Shown piece by piece: positions 13,861 through 25,200 of a stretch of 64,000 bases of DNA (position 1 is its first letter; every line of letters begins with the position of its first letter). The stretch covers positions 92,452,965-92,516,964 of the forward strand of contig JARDVH010000084.1 of assembly GCA_030324005.1 (NCBI GenBank), given 5' to 3'. The notes under the pieces are model-generated. The model saw only the letters and a program-made list of their open reading frames with translations, ran no database searches and had not been told where the DNA came from. This DNA comes from Negaprion brevirostris. Lineage: Eukaryota. Made by a program: the position numbers and the translations under genes.

Positions 13861-16829
13861 CATTAAAATGCTGTGACATGCGAAAACTGAAGTGCAATTA
13901 TCTTCCTCTCTCTCTGTCTCATATATATACTCACGGTTGGCTTGAGGGTTCGTGACGCCAGTCCTGAAACCTGGAAGGCAAATCCAACAATCTCAAATGT
14001 TTGTTTTAGTTTTTCTTTCTGCGCGTTTTGTTTCCCTTTTATTTGCTAAATGACGATCGTTGTGAAAGAGAAGTGCATGATAAAGTGAAACGATTTGATG
14101 ATTACCTGACACAGTTGATTACATGATAATAAATGCCTAATGATGACATGATGCTTTTACGTAACGTAACGTAAAGCCTTGTTTTTTCATCTTAAAAGCA
14201 AAGAAACAAGACAAACATGTTCTTACCGGTTATGCAATCCACATCTACTGGCGTAATTGTGCGTTCTCAATATTTCTCAGAGAAGGAACCTTTGGTGTGT
14301 TCACAAGTTGCAAGAGAGACATTCAGCGCTTCATTTTGCAGGCAATCACGTGACCATTCAATGTCACTTAACGCAATACCTTGATAAGTAATGTTGATCT
14401 GACTGACACACATTAAAAAAAAACACTATTTTGTTCAGCAGTCAGCATGGAAGCGACACAAGCAAACAGATTACACTGACTCAGCAATTAGTCCGCTGTT
14501 ATGTGGTCTCACTTTCGTTTACTTTACAGTTACTATGTTTCCGTGCCACATTGAAAAATGCAAGTTAACAGGTTCATTTCTACATTTCATTACACAACGC
14601 AGTCTCTCTGTAGTCAAACCATTATTCAATAGTTCAAATCACTTGATTATTTCCTGTACAACAACAAAATAGATGAATAAAAAATCAAATGATGAGAAGG
14701 CGATGCATACAGGGATCTGATGGATTGTCATAATTAACCAATTTGTCTCCCATGTGCTCCTCATGAAAGAAGAACCATCGGGATATTATTCTATTTAACA
14801 TGTTTCGGAGCCATAACAGAACCAAATTGAACAGGGGAACTCACNNNNNNNNNNNNNNNNNNNNNNNNNNNNNNNNNNNNNNNNNNNNNNNNNNNNNNNN
14901 NNNNNNNNNNNNNNNNNNNNNNNNNNNNNNNNNNNNNNNNNNNNNNNNNNNNNNNNNNNNNNNNNNNNNNNNNNNNNNNNNNNNNNNNNNNNNNNNNNNN
15001 NNNNNNNNNNNNNNNNNNNNNNNNNNNNNNNNNNNNNNNNNNNNNNNNNNNNNNNNNNNNNNNNNNNNNNNNNNNNNNNNNNNNNNNNNNNNNNNNNNNN
15101 NNNNNNNNNNNNNNNNNNNNNNNNNNNNNNNNNNNNNNNNNNNNNNNNNNNNNNNNNNNNNNNNNNNNNNNNNNNNNNNNNNNNNNNNNNNNNNNNNNNN
15201 NNNNNNNNNNNNNNNNNNNNNNNNNNNNNNNNNNNNNNNNNNNNNNNNNNNNNNNNNNNNNNNNNNNNNNNNNNNNNNNNNNNNNNNNNNNNNNNNNNNN
15301 NNNNNNNNNNNNNNNNNNNNNNNNNNNNNNNNNNNNNNNNNNNNNNNNNNNNNNNNNNNNNNNNNNNNNNNNNNNNNNNNNNNNNNNNNNNNNNNNNNNN
15401 NNNNNNNNNNNNNNNNNNNNNNNNNNNNNNNNNNNNNNNNNNNNNNNNNNNNNNNNNNNNNNNNNNNNNNNNNNNNNNNNNNNNNNNNNNNNNNNNNNNN
15501 NNNNNNNNNNNNNNNNNNNNNNNNNNNNNNNNNCAGCTATTCTCTACTGTTACTCAATATTGTAAGCCGCTTTTCCCTCCGATGGCAATCCGAAGTAACC
15601 AGCTCATTCCTCAGCATTTTGACGTTGAGCCAATAGCTTTTGCCATATTCAACAAGGTGTCACGCTGGCCAATGTTATATCATGTAAGTTGTATATTCCA
15701 ACGATTTAAAGCAGTTAGAGCGAATGAGTTCGAGATTGAGCGAAACTGACAGCAAATAGAAGAGTGCCATTGATGCGGAGTCACAGGAGAGCGCCTGGGA
15801 AATGGAACATGGTCGTCATAATCATGGGTGGATTGCCAATGATATAATGCCTAACCAGCGGAAGAACACTCAACAAAAGTCACTTTAGTAAGTGCTTTGA
15901 AACGACCAAGGCAGCTAATTGGTATATCCTGATGAATATGTTCAATTCATTGTAGCAAGTCCTTGCTTACTACAGATGTAGGAGCCAAAAGGATATGGAG
16001 TAGCACTCGACAATGATAATATGTGTTTGGTAAGAAACAAGGTTCCGAACTATCGTAAATAAGGGTGCAGCTAAAATATTTCTACGGGAGTAACACCCTT
16101 ATTCATGATGGAGGAAAGGCACTGAATCTGAGACTTGCCATGTACAACCCGCTTCGTGATGTAGGAAATTAGGGATACTTCCCACTCCCCTGTTGAACAT
16201 GTGTTCAGAAGATAACGCCCACATGTTGCTTCTAGTTAACCAGATTTCAAATGTGAACCAGCGGTTGGACTCAGGAACCTGAATGAGCCGTGCATACAAG
16301 GTTTTGCGACATGTTCACACTGCAGCTGAAGATTCTTCAGACAGAAAGGAAATAGGTGACAAAAGGAATCCGTAAAATACGGAGAAATGAGAGCAAGATT
16401 CCGTTGTGGTGACCCGTCACCCAAACAGACATCCAGATCTTGGATAATGATGCGCGATAGGGCTCGGGGGACTTTTGGCCTTCGAGGAGAAAACAACAGC
16501 AGCAAAGTTAACAGCTGCTCAGAGTGGCGAAAGAAAATGAATTAATGGGCCATGGCGACAGGGGATGCAGTAGGACACACACAAATTCGTCAATGGATGC
16601 AAAGGACAAGCAAGGATTGGCAAGGTAGAAGGGTTAAGAACACAGGTAGACATATCGCATCCTGTTGTCATTTCTAGAACGGAAAACTATTTGATGGGGC
16701 AGCAAAATTGGCAGCATAGTATCGTTCGTTATAGATCGTCCAGCCACGATAGAGTGCGAAATATATCATGAAGTGGTAGTCACACTTACGGTTAAATAAT
16801 CAATTTCAGTTGTGAGGTAGGACGATTAT

Positions 16830-17178
16830 TTTTTTCTTCTTCGTTCATGGGAAATGGGTTTCGGTGGCTGGGCCAGCATTTTTTGTCCATCCCTCGGTGA
16901 GAACCAACCACATTGTTGTGGCTCTAACGTCACATCTAGGCCAGACCAGGAAAGGATGGTAGATTTTCTTCCCTAAAGGACATTAATGAAACAGGTGGGT
17001 TTTCCGGCAATCGGCAATGGTTTCTTGGTCATCAGAAGATTCTTAATTCCAGATTTTCATTTCAATGAATTCACATTTAACCAACTGCAGTGACGGGATT
17101 TGAGTCTGGGTCCCCAGAATATTAGCTGAGTTTTTGGATTAATAGTCCGGTGCTAACACCACTTGGCCATCTCCACCC
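16830..17178 (-). mobile_element. SacSINE1/DeuSINE-like SINE
   Basis: Reverse complement of the 2455-2785 family: TTCGTTCATGGGA tail, AACCACATTG..GTGG, TTCCCTAAAGGACATTA.TGAA, and a tRNA-like head at ~17095-17175. Confidence 0.8.
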
Positions 17179-18669
17179 CTATTTGATGAACTGGAGAACA
17201 ATGGAGGCCCTTGGGGTTGAGATTAGAAGTGAAAAATAAAATGTACTCGCACAACTGGGAGTATACCACAGATGCCTAAAGGTGACAGGGAATAGGCAGA
17301 CAAATATGTTTATCTGCCCGTAAGAACATGATGACAATAAATAAGGAAATATTAACATCCCAAAAAATAACTGATATTCAAACAATATAAGGGGCACTGA
17401 GGTAGACAAATTCATTTTATGTGATCAGGATTGTTATTAACATGTTACTGACAAACCCGACATTGGGCGATCGATTCCTGACATAATATTGTGTGTCAAA
17501 GAATGACAAGTGGGTGAAGTGATAATTAGCGACTACATTGGGAGCAGTGGTAATCGTTCAATTCGATTTAGCATTACCATTGGAAGTAACGGAGGCAAAA
17601 CAAGAAAAAAAAAAGTCCTGAACTCGAGAAAGGCAAACTTTGCAGGAATGAGAAAGAACTTAGCTGAGGTGGAAATTACAACACTGCTGGAGGAAAAAAA
17701 AAATCAGTGGAAAATGAGTCAAAAGGGTGTTACAGAAAACAATCTAAATGTGCAAAGTGCACATGTTCCTCGAAACATACAGTGTGCTGTCAAACCTGAC
17801 TCATTTGTTCTCTATAAGCATACAAGACTACAGAGGAAAAAAAATGTGTACGTCAGGCACAAAGAAATTAGCACTGAAGATAGTCCCGATGAAAGTAGGA
17901 ATTGTAAGAACAAAATACTAAATGGAATTGAGAAAAATGAAGATACGATATGATGAGAGTATGAACAAGAAGAAAACAAATATAAATCAAAATTAAAGGA
18001 AATTCAAACGTGTTTTAACAATGCATTGATTGCAAAAGTTTGACGAATGCATAATTGGATCCAATCAGAGATGAATAAATGAAATTGTCTGCAGATGCAG
18101 CGGTTGTGGAACGAGTTTGAAGTGAATATTTTGCTTCCATGTTTACGAAGGATAGGGATGATGTAGATTTTGTAATCCGGGAACAAAACCGAGATATTAG
18201 ACAGGATAACGTTAAGGGGGAGTAAGGACTNNNNNNNNNNNNNNNNNNNNNNNNNNNNNNNNNNNNNNNNNNNNNNNNNNNNNNNNNNNNNNNNNNNNNN
18301 NNNNNNNNNNNNNNNNNNNNNNNNNNNNNNAGGACTAGAAGGGCTGGAAAAGCTCAAAGTTTGATGTAGCCAGGGCAGATTAACTGTTTGCAAGTCAACT
18401 GAGTTTGTTCAAGAAGGACATAGAAAAGACTCTCAGAAAGAATTTCTAATCCTCACTAGATATAGCGATGGTACAGGTAAACTGGAGAAATGTAAATGTA
18501 ATTCCAATGTTGAAGACATGAACAGGAGGACTTGCTAATCAATTATAGGCTGATCTCTTTCATTGGTGTTCGCCAAATCAGTGGAACGAATCCTAAGAAA
18601 TAAGATTAATGTCAACTTGGAAAATATGGGCATGCCAGGGATGTGCAGAGTGATTCGATTAATGTTTGG

Positions 18670-18906
18670 ATTTGATTTGCGTTGATTTATTTTTATCAGT
18701 ATACAGTGAAGAATATTGTTTCTTGTGCACTATACAGACAAAACATAACGTTCATAGGGAAAGAACGGAGAGAGTGTAAAATGTACAGCTACAATCGTAG
18801 CTGGAGAGTAAAGAAAGAACATCTCAGTTCAAGATGGGTCCATTCAAAACTCTGATGGCATCAAGAAAGAAGTGGTTCTTGAGTTGCATCGTACGTGTCC
18901 TCAGAC
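18670..18906 (-). mobile_element. Rex1/Babar-type LINE 3' end inserted in the CR1 RT region
   Basis: ATTTGATTT tail, AGTATACAGTGAA.A.TATTGTTTCTTG, and GGTCCATTCAAAA.TCTGATGGCA..A.G.AAGAAG.GTTCTTGAG...GTACGTG.CCTCAGAC match my recollection of the Rex1-like 3' terminus. CR1 sequence flanks both sides. Confidence 0.6.
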
Positions 18907-19556
18907 AATTGGAAAATTTGTAGACAACTCATTTATTTGCTGAATAGTGGATAGTGTAGAGGGAAGCTCCAACAATATTGATGGACTGGTAGAATTGGGA
19001 ATTGAGTTACCAGTCTGATTTTAACGTTGACGTGTGAGGTAAAGCATTTAGGGAGGTCAAGTAGATATCTGAAACACACAGTAATTGGGGAAATGACAAG
19101 ATGGGTAGATCTGTTGTGATATCTTGGTATGCATGTGGAGACGTCCCTGAATGAAGAAATGCTTTTATACGTAGTTGTAGGGAAAGAACAGAATATAAAG
19201 GTAAAGATGCAAGTTTGGATGTATATAAAATACTGCTGAGGCCACAGCTGGAATGTTTTGCGCAGTTTTGTTAGCCATAGTTAAATAAAGCTTCCTCTGC
19301 AGAGAATGCAGAGAATGTTTTCAAGAATGTTGCCAAGGAAGAGAAATGTAGCAGTGATGAGAGGATAAACAGGTCACATTCATTTTCCTTGGGGCAAAGA
19401 AAGCTGAGCGGTGACTTTATGGAAGTTAATGCAGGGCATAATTATCTTTCTGGGTTAAGGCTTCTAGAAACAAAGGGTGTAGATCAAGATAAGTGGCAGT
19501 AATTGCAGAAGGGATGTAAGGAAGAACGTTTCCTTTCGAAAGAACGATGGTTGTCT

Positions 19557-19795
19557 GAACAAAGAACAAAGAACAAAACAGCCCGGGAAACAGGCCCTTC
19601 AACCCAACGAGCCCGCACCACCAATTTAACGCTACCAGTCCTCCCCTCCATCCATGACCCTTATCTATTGTTTTATGGCCATCCACATTGAGGGAAACTA
19701 ATTTAGGGGCAACTTATTACTGCCAATCAGCCTAACAGCACATCTTTGGGGTGTGGGAGGAGTCCGGAGCACCCGGAGAAAACCCACGCAAGCAC
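19557..19795 (-). mobile_element. HE1-like V-SINE with CR1-derived (TTTGTTC)n tail; head lost in the N gap
   Basis: (GAACAAA)n tail plus AACAGGCCCTTC..CCCAACGAGCCC, then the V-domain GCACATCTTTGG..TGTGGGAGGA..CCGGAGCACCCGGAGAAAACCCACGCA. Confidence 0.85.
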
Positions 19796-21435
19796 NNNNN
19801 NNNNNNNNNNNNNNNNNNNNNNNNNNNNNNNNNNNNNNNNNNNNNNNNNNNNNNNNNNNNNNNNNNNNNNNNNNNNNNNNNNNNNNNNNNNNNNNTACCC
19901 GATATATTTTTGGAGACAAAGCCCTTATGGTACCTGGTGCTATGCCTTCCCCTACAGGGTTATCGGCCGATTGCAGATTGATGGTACCTCTAAGCACACC
20001 AGAATGTCCTTTGGCGGGCAGGAACAAGATTGACCGATCATGCGATGTTCCTGTAAGGGGCCGAATCAAAATCATAACCGACTCACCAAGGGAAATTTGC
20101 AACATTGAGTTCCACAACGTACATCATATTGCAAACGACAAGACATTGTCACAACTTGTGATTACTGAAGGGAAACACCGCATTCTTCCTTCTGAATGTT
20201 ACTACAACTATAGAAAAAACAAGTCTTCTTCTCAGGAATTAAAACGTAATTCAAATTGAAAATAGAATATAATCTGTGTACATGTTTCGCTTCATTGAAT
20301 TTGAAAGGTAAGCTGCCTGCTTGCATGTTGCGATGTTTTGCTTTCTTCCATGCTTGTCAAGGAATGTTATTCCTATGAAACGCAAACCCATTTAAAGAGT
20401 ATTTAATTTAACATATTATGGGCTTTGTCGCTTCTCCAGAACGATTTATTTCATCCCCCACAATTATTAGGATCACTGGCACACACACGCTTGAACTAAT
20501 CAACGTTTGTTGGGAATAGTTGACATGCTCGTGAACAAAAAAAAAGTTGTCGATTCCATCCAATGGTGAGTGAGCCTCCTTTCCTCTGAGAAACATTACA
20601 TTTTGTCATGGAATACATGAAGAGAACTTATTTAATTGAATTCTCATATGCAGAATCACGTGCCCCTTGACCATGCCCTCGACCGTAGCCGACATATCGT
20701 TAAATTGCCATTTGTATTAGAGGTATAGCGTATAGTGTTCAAAATATATACTTTATTTGTTGTGGGCTAAAGCATTCAGCGGGGAAAAAAAGAAGGCCGT
20801 TCAGAACCTCGTAAGAAAAGGTAAAGTGCACGCAAATTTGATATTTATGATTAATTCAATGTAATATTTAACATTGATTTATGTTACAACGTTAATGTTC
20901 ACTGGCTACATATGGACGCAGTAGGTACAGCATCTCTGGGGCTCTCGAAAGGACTAATATATAGTATCAAAATGTTTTGATGGGAATGAAGGATTATTTC
21001 CCGATATTTCGGATTTGGATCGGACCAATTCTTGTTACGTTGCTACAGTGATGCGAACTGTGATTTAGTTTTGTTTCCGGTGTTGGTTCACTTCATGTTT
21101 CTTTCTCTCAGAGTATAACTATGATGCATGTCAGTGAAATCTGACCATGAATTGGAGATTGATTTGAGGTTGGAGGAAGATATCTAGAATGTAAAGCAAT
21201 GCCAAAAGAAGCGTTTGGCTAGAAAAATGCATAAAGGATGCGTTTGAATTCGGAATTTCACTTTGTGTGATTTTGATGCAATCGTGGAAGAGGAAATCAC
21301 TAAAATACAGAACAAGTTATTCCATGGAGTTTTACAGTAATTAGTATGAGCTAGATTCGGTCAGAATAATTCTGCAATCACACTGAATACAGCTGATGTA
21401 GGTTTCTGCCTCTCAATCCTATTTCTTTTTTCCAG

Positions 21436-21545
21436 ATAAGATAGATGCTGATAATCTCACTAACTCACCAGAAACACTTCAGGTGGGGGACAATCCATAC
21501 GACTCAGGAACCGAAATTTACAATGTTCACGTTGAGCTTCTCCTG
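21436..21545 (+). other. Orphan candidate internal exon (110 nt); gene unknown
   Basis: Strong acceptor CCTATTTCTTTTTTCCAG| and donor CTG|GTAAGA. Only one frame is open: (D)KIDADNLTNSPETLQVGDNPYDSGTEIYNVHVELLL. I recognise no homology and no partner exons. Confidence 0.3.
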
Positions 21546-21949
21546 GTAAGAATATCCCCAGAGATTTAGATTCCCAATTAGAGGGCACAAACTCCCGCCC
21601 GCTGACTAGAACTGCACCCACCTGGTGCCAACGTTCTTATTCTTACATAATCTCTCCCAAGATATCAGTCCTTCATTATAAATTAACTCCCTAACCGTAG
21701 GGACAAATTGAATGAAGCACCAATGTCACCTGCAAGCATGTACTTTACTATTGAAAAACAAAGTACACAATTCTCAGGCCGTTCATGTCTCGCTGCCACT
21801 GCCAGCGAGAATATAGCAGTTGTCACTCTCCATTCGCATTTGGCATGCTCACATCACAGCGGAACAAAAAATCTCCATTGATGGCGAGTTCGGAGAATTC
21901 AACATGTGGTCTCAACAAAGCGCTGGAAAATTTGGAAGTCAATTTTTAT

Positions 21950-23275
21950 GGAGGTTCGCCATTGCTCTTGCAGTAAACGGCAACACAGCACTGTCTTCAT
22001 AATTTCTTGAATCCCTTCGGGGGGAAAAAAAAGATGTCCACTACAGCATCAATGTTGTAGTTTCCCAATTCTCAATCAGTGTCCACGGCATTTTATTGTT
22101 AAGATCAAATCGAATCTCTTCCTTATTTCCCATTGAATACAGTACCTGTTCTATTGATCCTAACCGGCCAATGATTCCCATGTCTTTGCAATTGTCATCA
22201 GGTATCCGGTGGAAATTCTCATGCCCCACTGATTGGAGCATGGACCATAAATCGGAATTTCCGATGGTCGCATTTGCAAATACAATTAATCCAACCAACC
22301 AACCGTCCGAACTGATTGGCACTCAGAAGAAGGTGGTAACCAATAATCTTGCCAAAACGCTGTGTGTTATACCTCTGCCGGGTTTGGTGGTGCATTCAGC
22401 GGGTCCACTTCATACGCCAAATTTCCCAGACGGAATTCACCGGGCAGAATTTGCTGCTGGTATTCAACAGCGGAGATCTGGTGATGGGTCGCAAAAGCAG
22501 AGAGAAACATTGCCAACTTATCATAAAAGATGAACACCCTTCCCCAATACTCAAAATGTGGATACAAGCTCCCGATAATATATGAGAATTGGAGGGACTG
22601 AAAGCGACCACTGTACCCCTTTCCCGACCACCAGCAGCTTTTCTCAATCCGCAAACCTCTGCATGGGATTCCACTCCTGTCTGATTTCCAATCAGGCTCC
22701 CTCCTCCATCAGGCATACTGTCAGACAAACCCTTTCCATTCAAGTTCCCATTTGAACCCACATCCCTCAGACTCACACTGATCTCCGATATCAGGTTACA
22801 CGAAATGGCAGGGGAAAACGTGCAGTGCCTCATGGTTCCTGGCACTCAAACAGTGGCGTTGATGTTTCAAATTGAGGTTGTCATCTGCATATACCCAATG
22901 GCCATTTGCCACTTTGCGGCTTCCAGACGACAGAGGAAGAGTCCTCCGCCTGCCTTGCTGGTGGGGTGTGTTCGGGCAGGGGTAATAGTGGACCTAGACT
23001 GTGTCCTTGTATTGGGGATTCATGTTGGGACTCTACCTGCAAGGCATGGAAGACCTGAAAAAAAACACCTTTCCGCCATGACACTCAGGCTCTCCGTGGT
23101 CAACATTTTCATTCTTGCCTGTCCACTGTGGAAAATTCTTGTGGCCTGGTCACTAGAAGCTAATGCACCCCAGCCACTTCATAGGTTTTGTCATTTCTTC
23201 TCCACTCTATTCGTTAGCAGGATTTTTTCCTTTCTCCCTCTCAGAATCTGCAGGTGTGAGCTGACCTCTTTAAAC
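21950..23275 (-). mobile_element. Ancient L1-clade LINE 5' portion: ORF1 remnant followed by ORF2 endonuclease
   Basis: Across frameshifts, ORF1-like ASSDQATRI...KMLTTESL, QGRRRTL (cf. NRSRRNNL), ELEWKG and GSLYP..EYWGRVFIFYD (cf. GLLYPARL..T.EG..HFFD). Then endonuclease motifs in the expected order: YEVDPLNAPPNPAEV (cf. WNVKGLNHPVKRSKV), HLLLSANQFGRLVGWI (cf. THL...DQ.RL..GWV), IPDDNCKDMGIIGRL (cf. ISDPNGRYVIV.GRL), and LGNYNI.AVVD (cf. GGDFN.VLD). Confidence 0.65.
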
Positions 23276-24099
23276 TGAAACAGACGGGAAGTCAATTTCA
23301 AATAGGGAGAGGGGCTGGCGTTTGTATACCAATCTCGACAGCTGTGATCAGCCACAATGTTTTTGCACATACTTCATCTGAAATATGTGAAACTTACTAG
23401 CAAGTTTCAACCCTTGAATTTCCAAGGAATCGAATGGCAATATTTGATCTCGATTTCAAATTGTAGTGCTTTGAAGGAGGACTCCATTGACATCGCAATG
23501 TAGTTCCACTCAGCCGCCAGTCTGCCTTGTTTTTTTTTTCCTTACCATTCAGCGAGCCTGTGCACTCAATCTAAATTGCGGTGAATTGTGATCATTATCA
23601 TACTACCTATCTCTGCATCGTCTGGGTATTTGTGGTTCTGTGGATGATCATTGCAACGCTCCACTAGGTAAGCATTCAAATTTAACATGCGTTGCCCATT
23701 CTGCCTCTTTGTATCTATTGCGTTAGCTAATTACTAATGCATGCAAATTAATTACCCCATTTCCAAAAGTTCTGCTTTCGCCTATTACTGTTTTATGTGA
23801 CCAGTTATCGAAAGTCTTTCAGATTGTTGTACTCCTAAAAATCTCTAATAGTTTCAACATCTCTTTGCTAAAATCACTTCATTTCGTTCCCTTTATACCA
23901 GATGTGGAAAAATGCATTGATTGGAAGGTGCTTACAATGAAAACCAGCAGTAAATGTCGACTACTGCCAGGCCATCTGGCCACTACCTTGATGGTTTCTG
24001 TTCGATCTCCAGCATCAACTTTGCTGAGCAGATGTGTTACTTTTCTAATTTCAAACCAGTTACAATTTATTTGAATATGTTAACAACAACTATGTGGAT

Positions 24100-25200
24100 A
24101 GAAAAAACAGACTGCAACTGAAGAAGAACCCACAGGAATTAACAATCTTCAGCCGAAGAGCATTGCAGATGTTTCTATGAAGAAAAAATGCAGCTCTAGT
24201 CGTTGGAATTGCATAATGCAGTGCAGATGTTCTCAGCAAATTAACTGGACTTTAAGTTTTAAATAATATGGAAATACTCGAACTATTCGACTCTTTGGCA
24301 AGTCGTGGCTTCCTTTGCAACTTTTTTTTGATATTCAAATGCGGGATATGAATGGCCCATGAGACATGGTACTGGGTATTTCAAGAATGCCGTTAAAATG
24401 ATTACTATGTGCAAAAGAACAACGGTCTTCAAATGATATTGTTACATCTTTTTAATTTGCAATCAAATGGGCAAGTGCAAGATCGACATGATTTCAAACG
24501 ATCACTGCAGTGTAGGTTTTATTAGAAAAGGCTTCGCAGAGAGCAAAGGGAAAAGTAAAGTTACGTCAAGTTCCATGATGCAAAAGTTTACATGAGTAAA
24601 GTATAAACTTCTTGAGCATTGTGCCTGGGTTCTATTGGATCCACCTATGGAATGATAGTAACAATTTGGGGAAACTTCCACGTCACATCGACACCCTAGT
24701 TGTGTGTGCTTGTTTTACTCCCAATTACAGTGCCCGTTTATGGTGGAAATGTAGGATCAGGAGGCACCAAAATCTGAAATGATAGGTGTATTCCAGAGCT
24801 ATCCACATCTTGTAACAGACTAAAAATAAATGGTTGCAAACGCAGGAGATTGGCACGTGCATCAACGACTGATGTCGATGGAATGGATAGCACTTGGATA
24901 GAGTATGTTTTTGACAACATAATTGAGTCAAAAGTTATATCAATACATTAGTGCGAAATCTGTGGAATGGGAGACCTTTTGTTCGGTGATGGGGCATTCT
25001 GACATGACTGGAGAGATTTCGGGCTTCCCTCTGTTGCCAAGGCCTGAAGGTTGATTGATGTTAACTGTCGAACAGTATTAGGGCAGGTATCGACGCAAAA
25101 AGTCCGAAAGAGGGCGAATCTGAAAATATAGTCAGATTTGGAATTCACAGTGGTTTTCAATGCATAACAGACGTCGAGTCTAGGAGACGATGCAGTGTTG
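24100..25200 (+). mobile_element. Ancient L1-clade LINE ORF2 fragment (RT C-terminus and downstream region)
   Basis: Degenerate (Y)AD.. at ~24163, SKLTGLK at ~24236 (cf. FGKLSGYK.N), NAVKMI at 24386-24403 (cf. RINAVKMNILP), GFIRKG at ~24516 (cf. FIWKGK), and MGDLL...F...FGLP at 24967-25029 (cf. GDLF..G.F..F.EL..KFGLP). Confidence 0.5.

Larger units (their letters stand above)
15700..19550 (+). mobile_element. Long decayed CR1 LINE (ORF1 remnant, endonuclease, partial RT, C-terminus) with nested SINE and Rex insertions
   Basis: Endonuclease C-terminal motif YIGSSGNRSIRFSI...VLNSRKANF.GMR..LAEV (17530-17670; cf. LGNSDHN.I.F...LNWGKANF). W..ANVIP.F and NYR.ISL at ~18483-18560. LLRPQLECFAQF at ~19232. 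L.QRKLSGDFMEV at ~19390. Confidence 0.8.

Noticed and set aside
22041-23278. Cluster of overlapping 70-157-aa ORFs suggesting a host gene, endogenous virus or Harbinger transposase (HYSINV, FLNPQT)
   Set aside because: Motif spacing does not fit HARBI1-type transposases, I recognised no viral protein, and ordered L1 ORF1/endonuclease motifs on the minus strand explain the block better.
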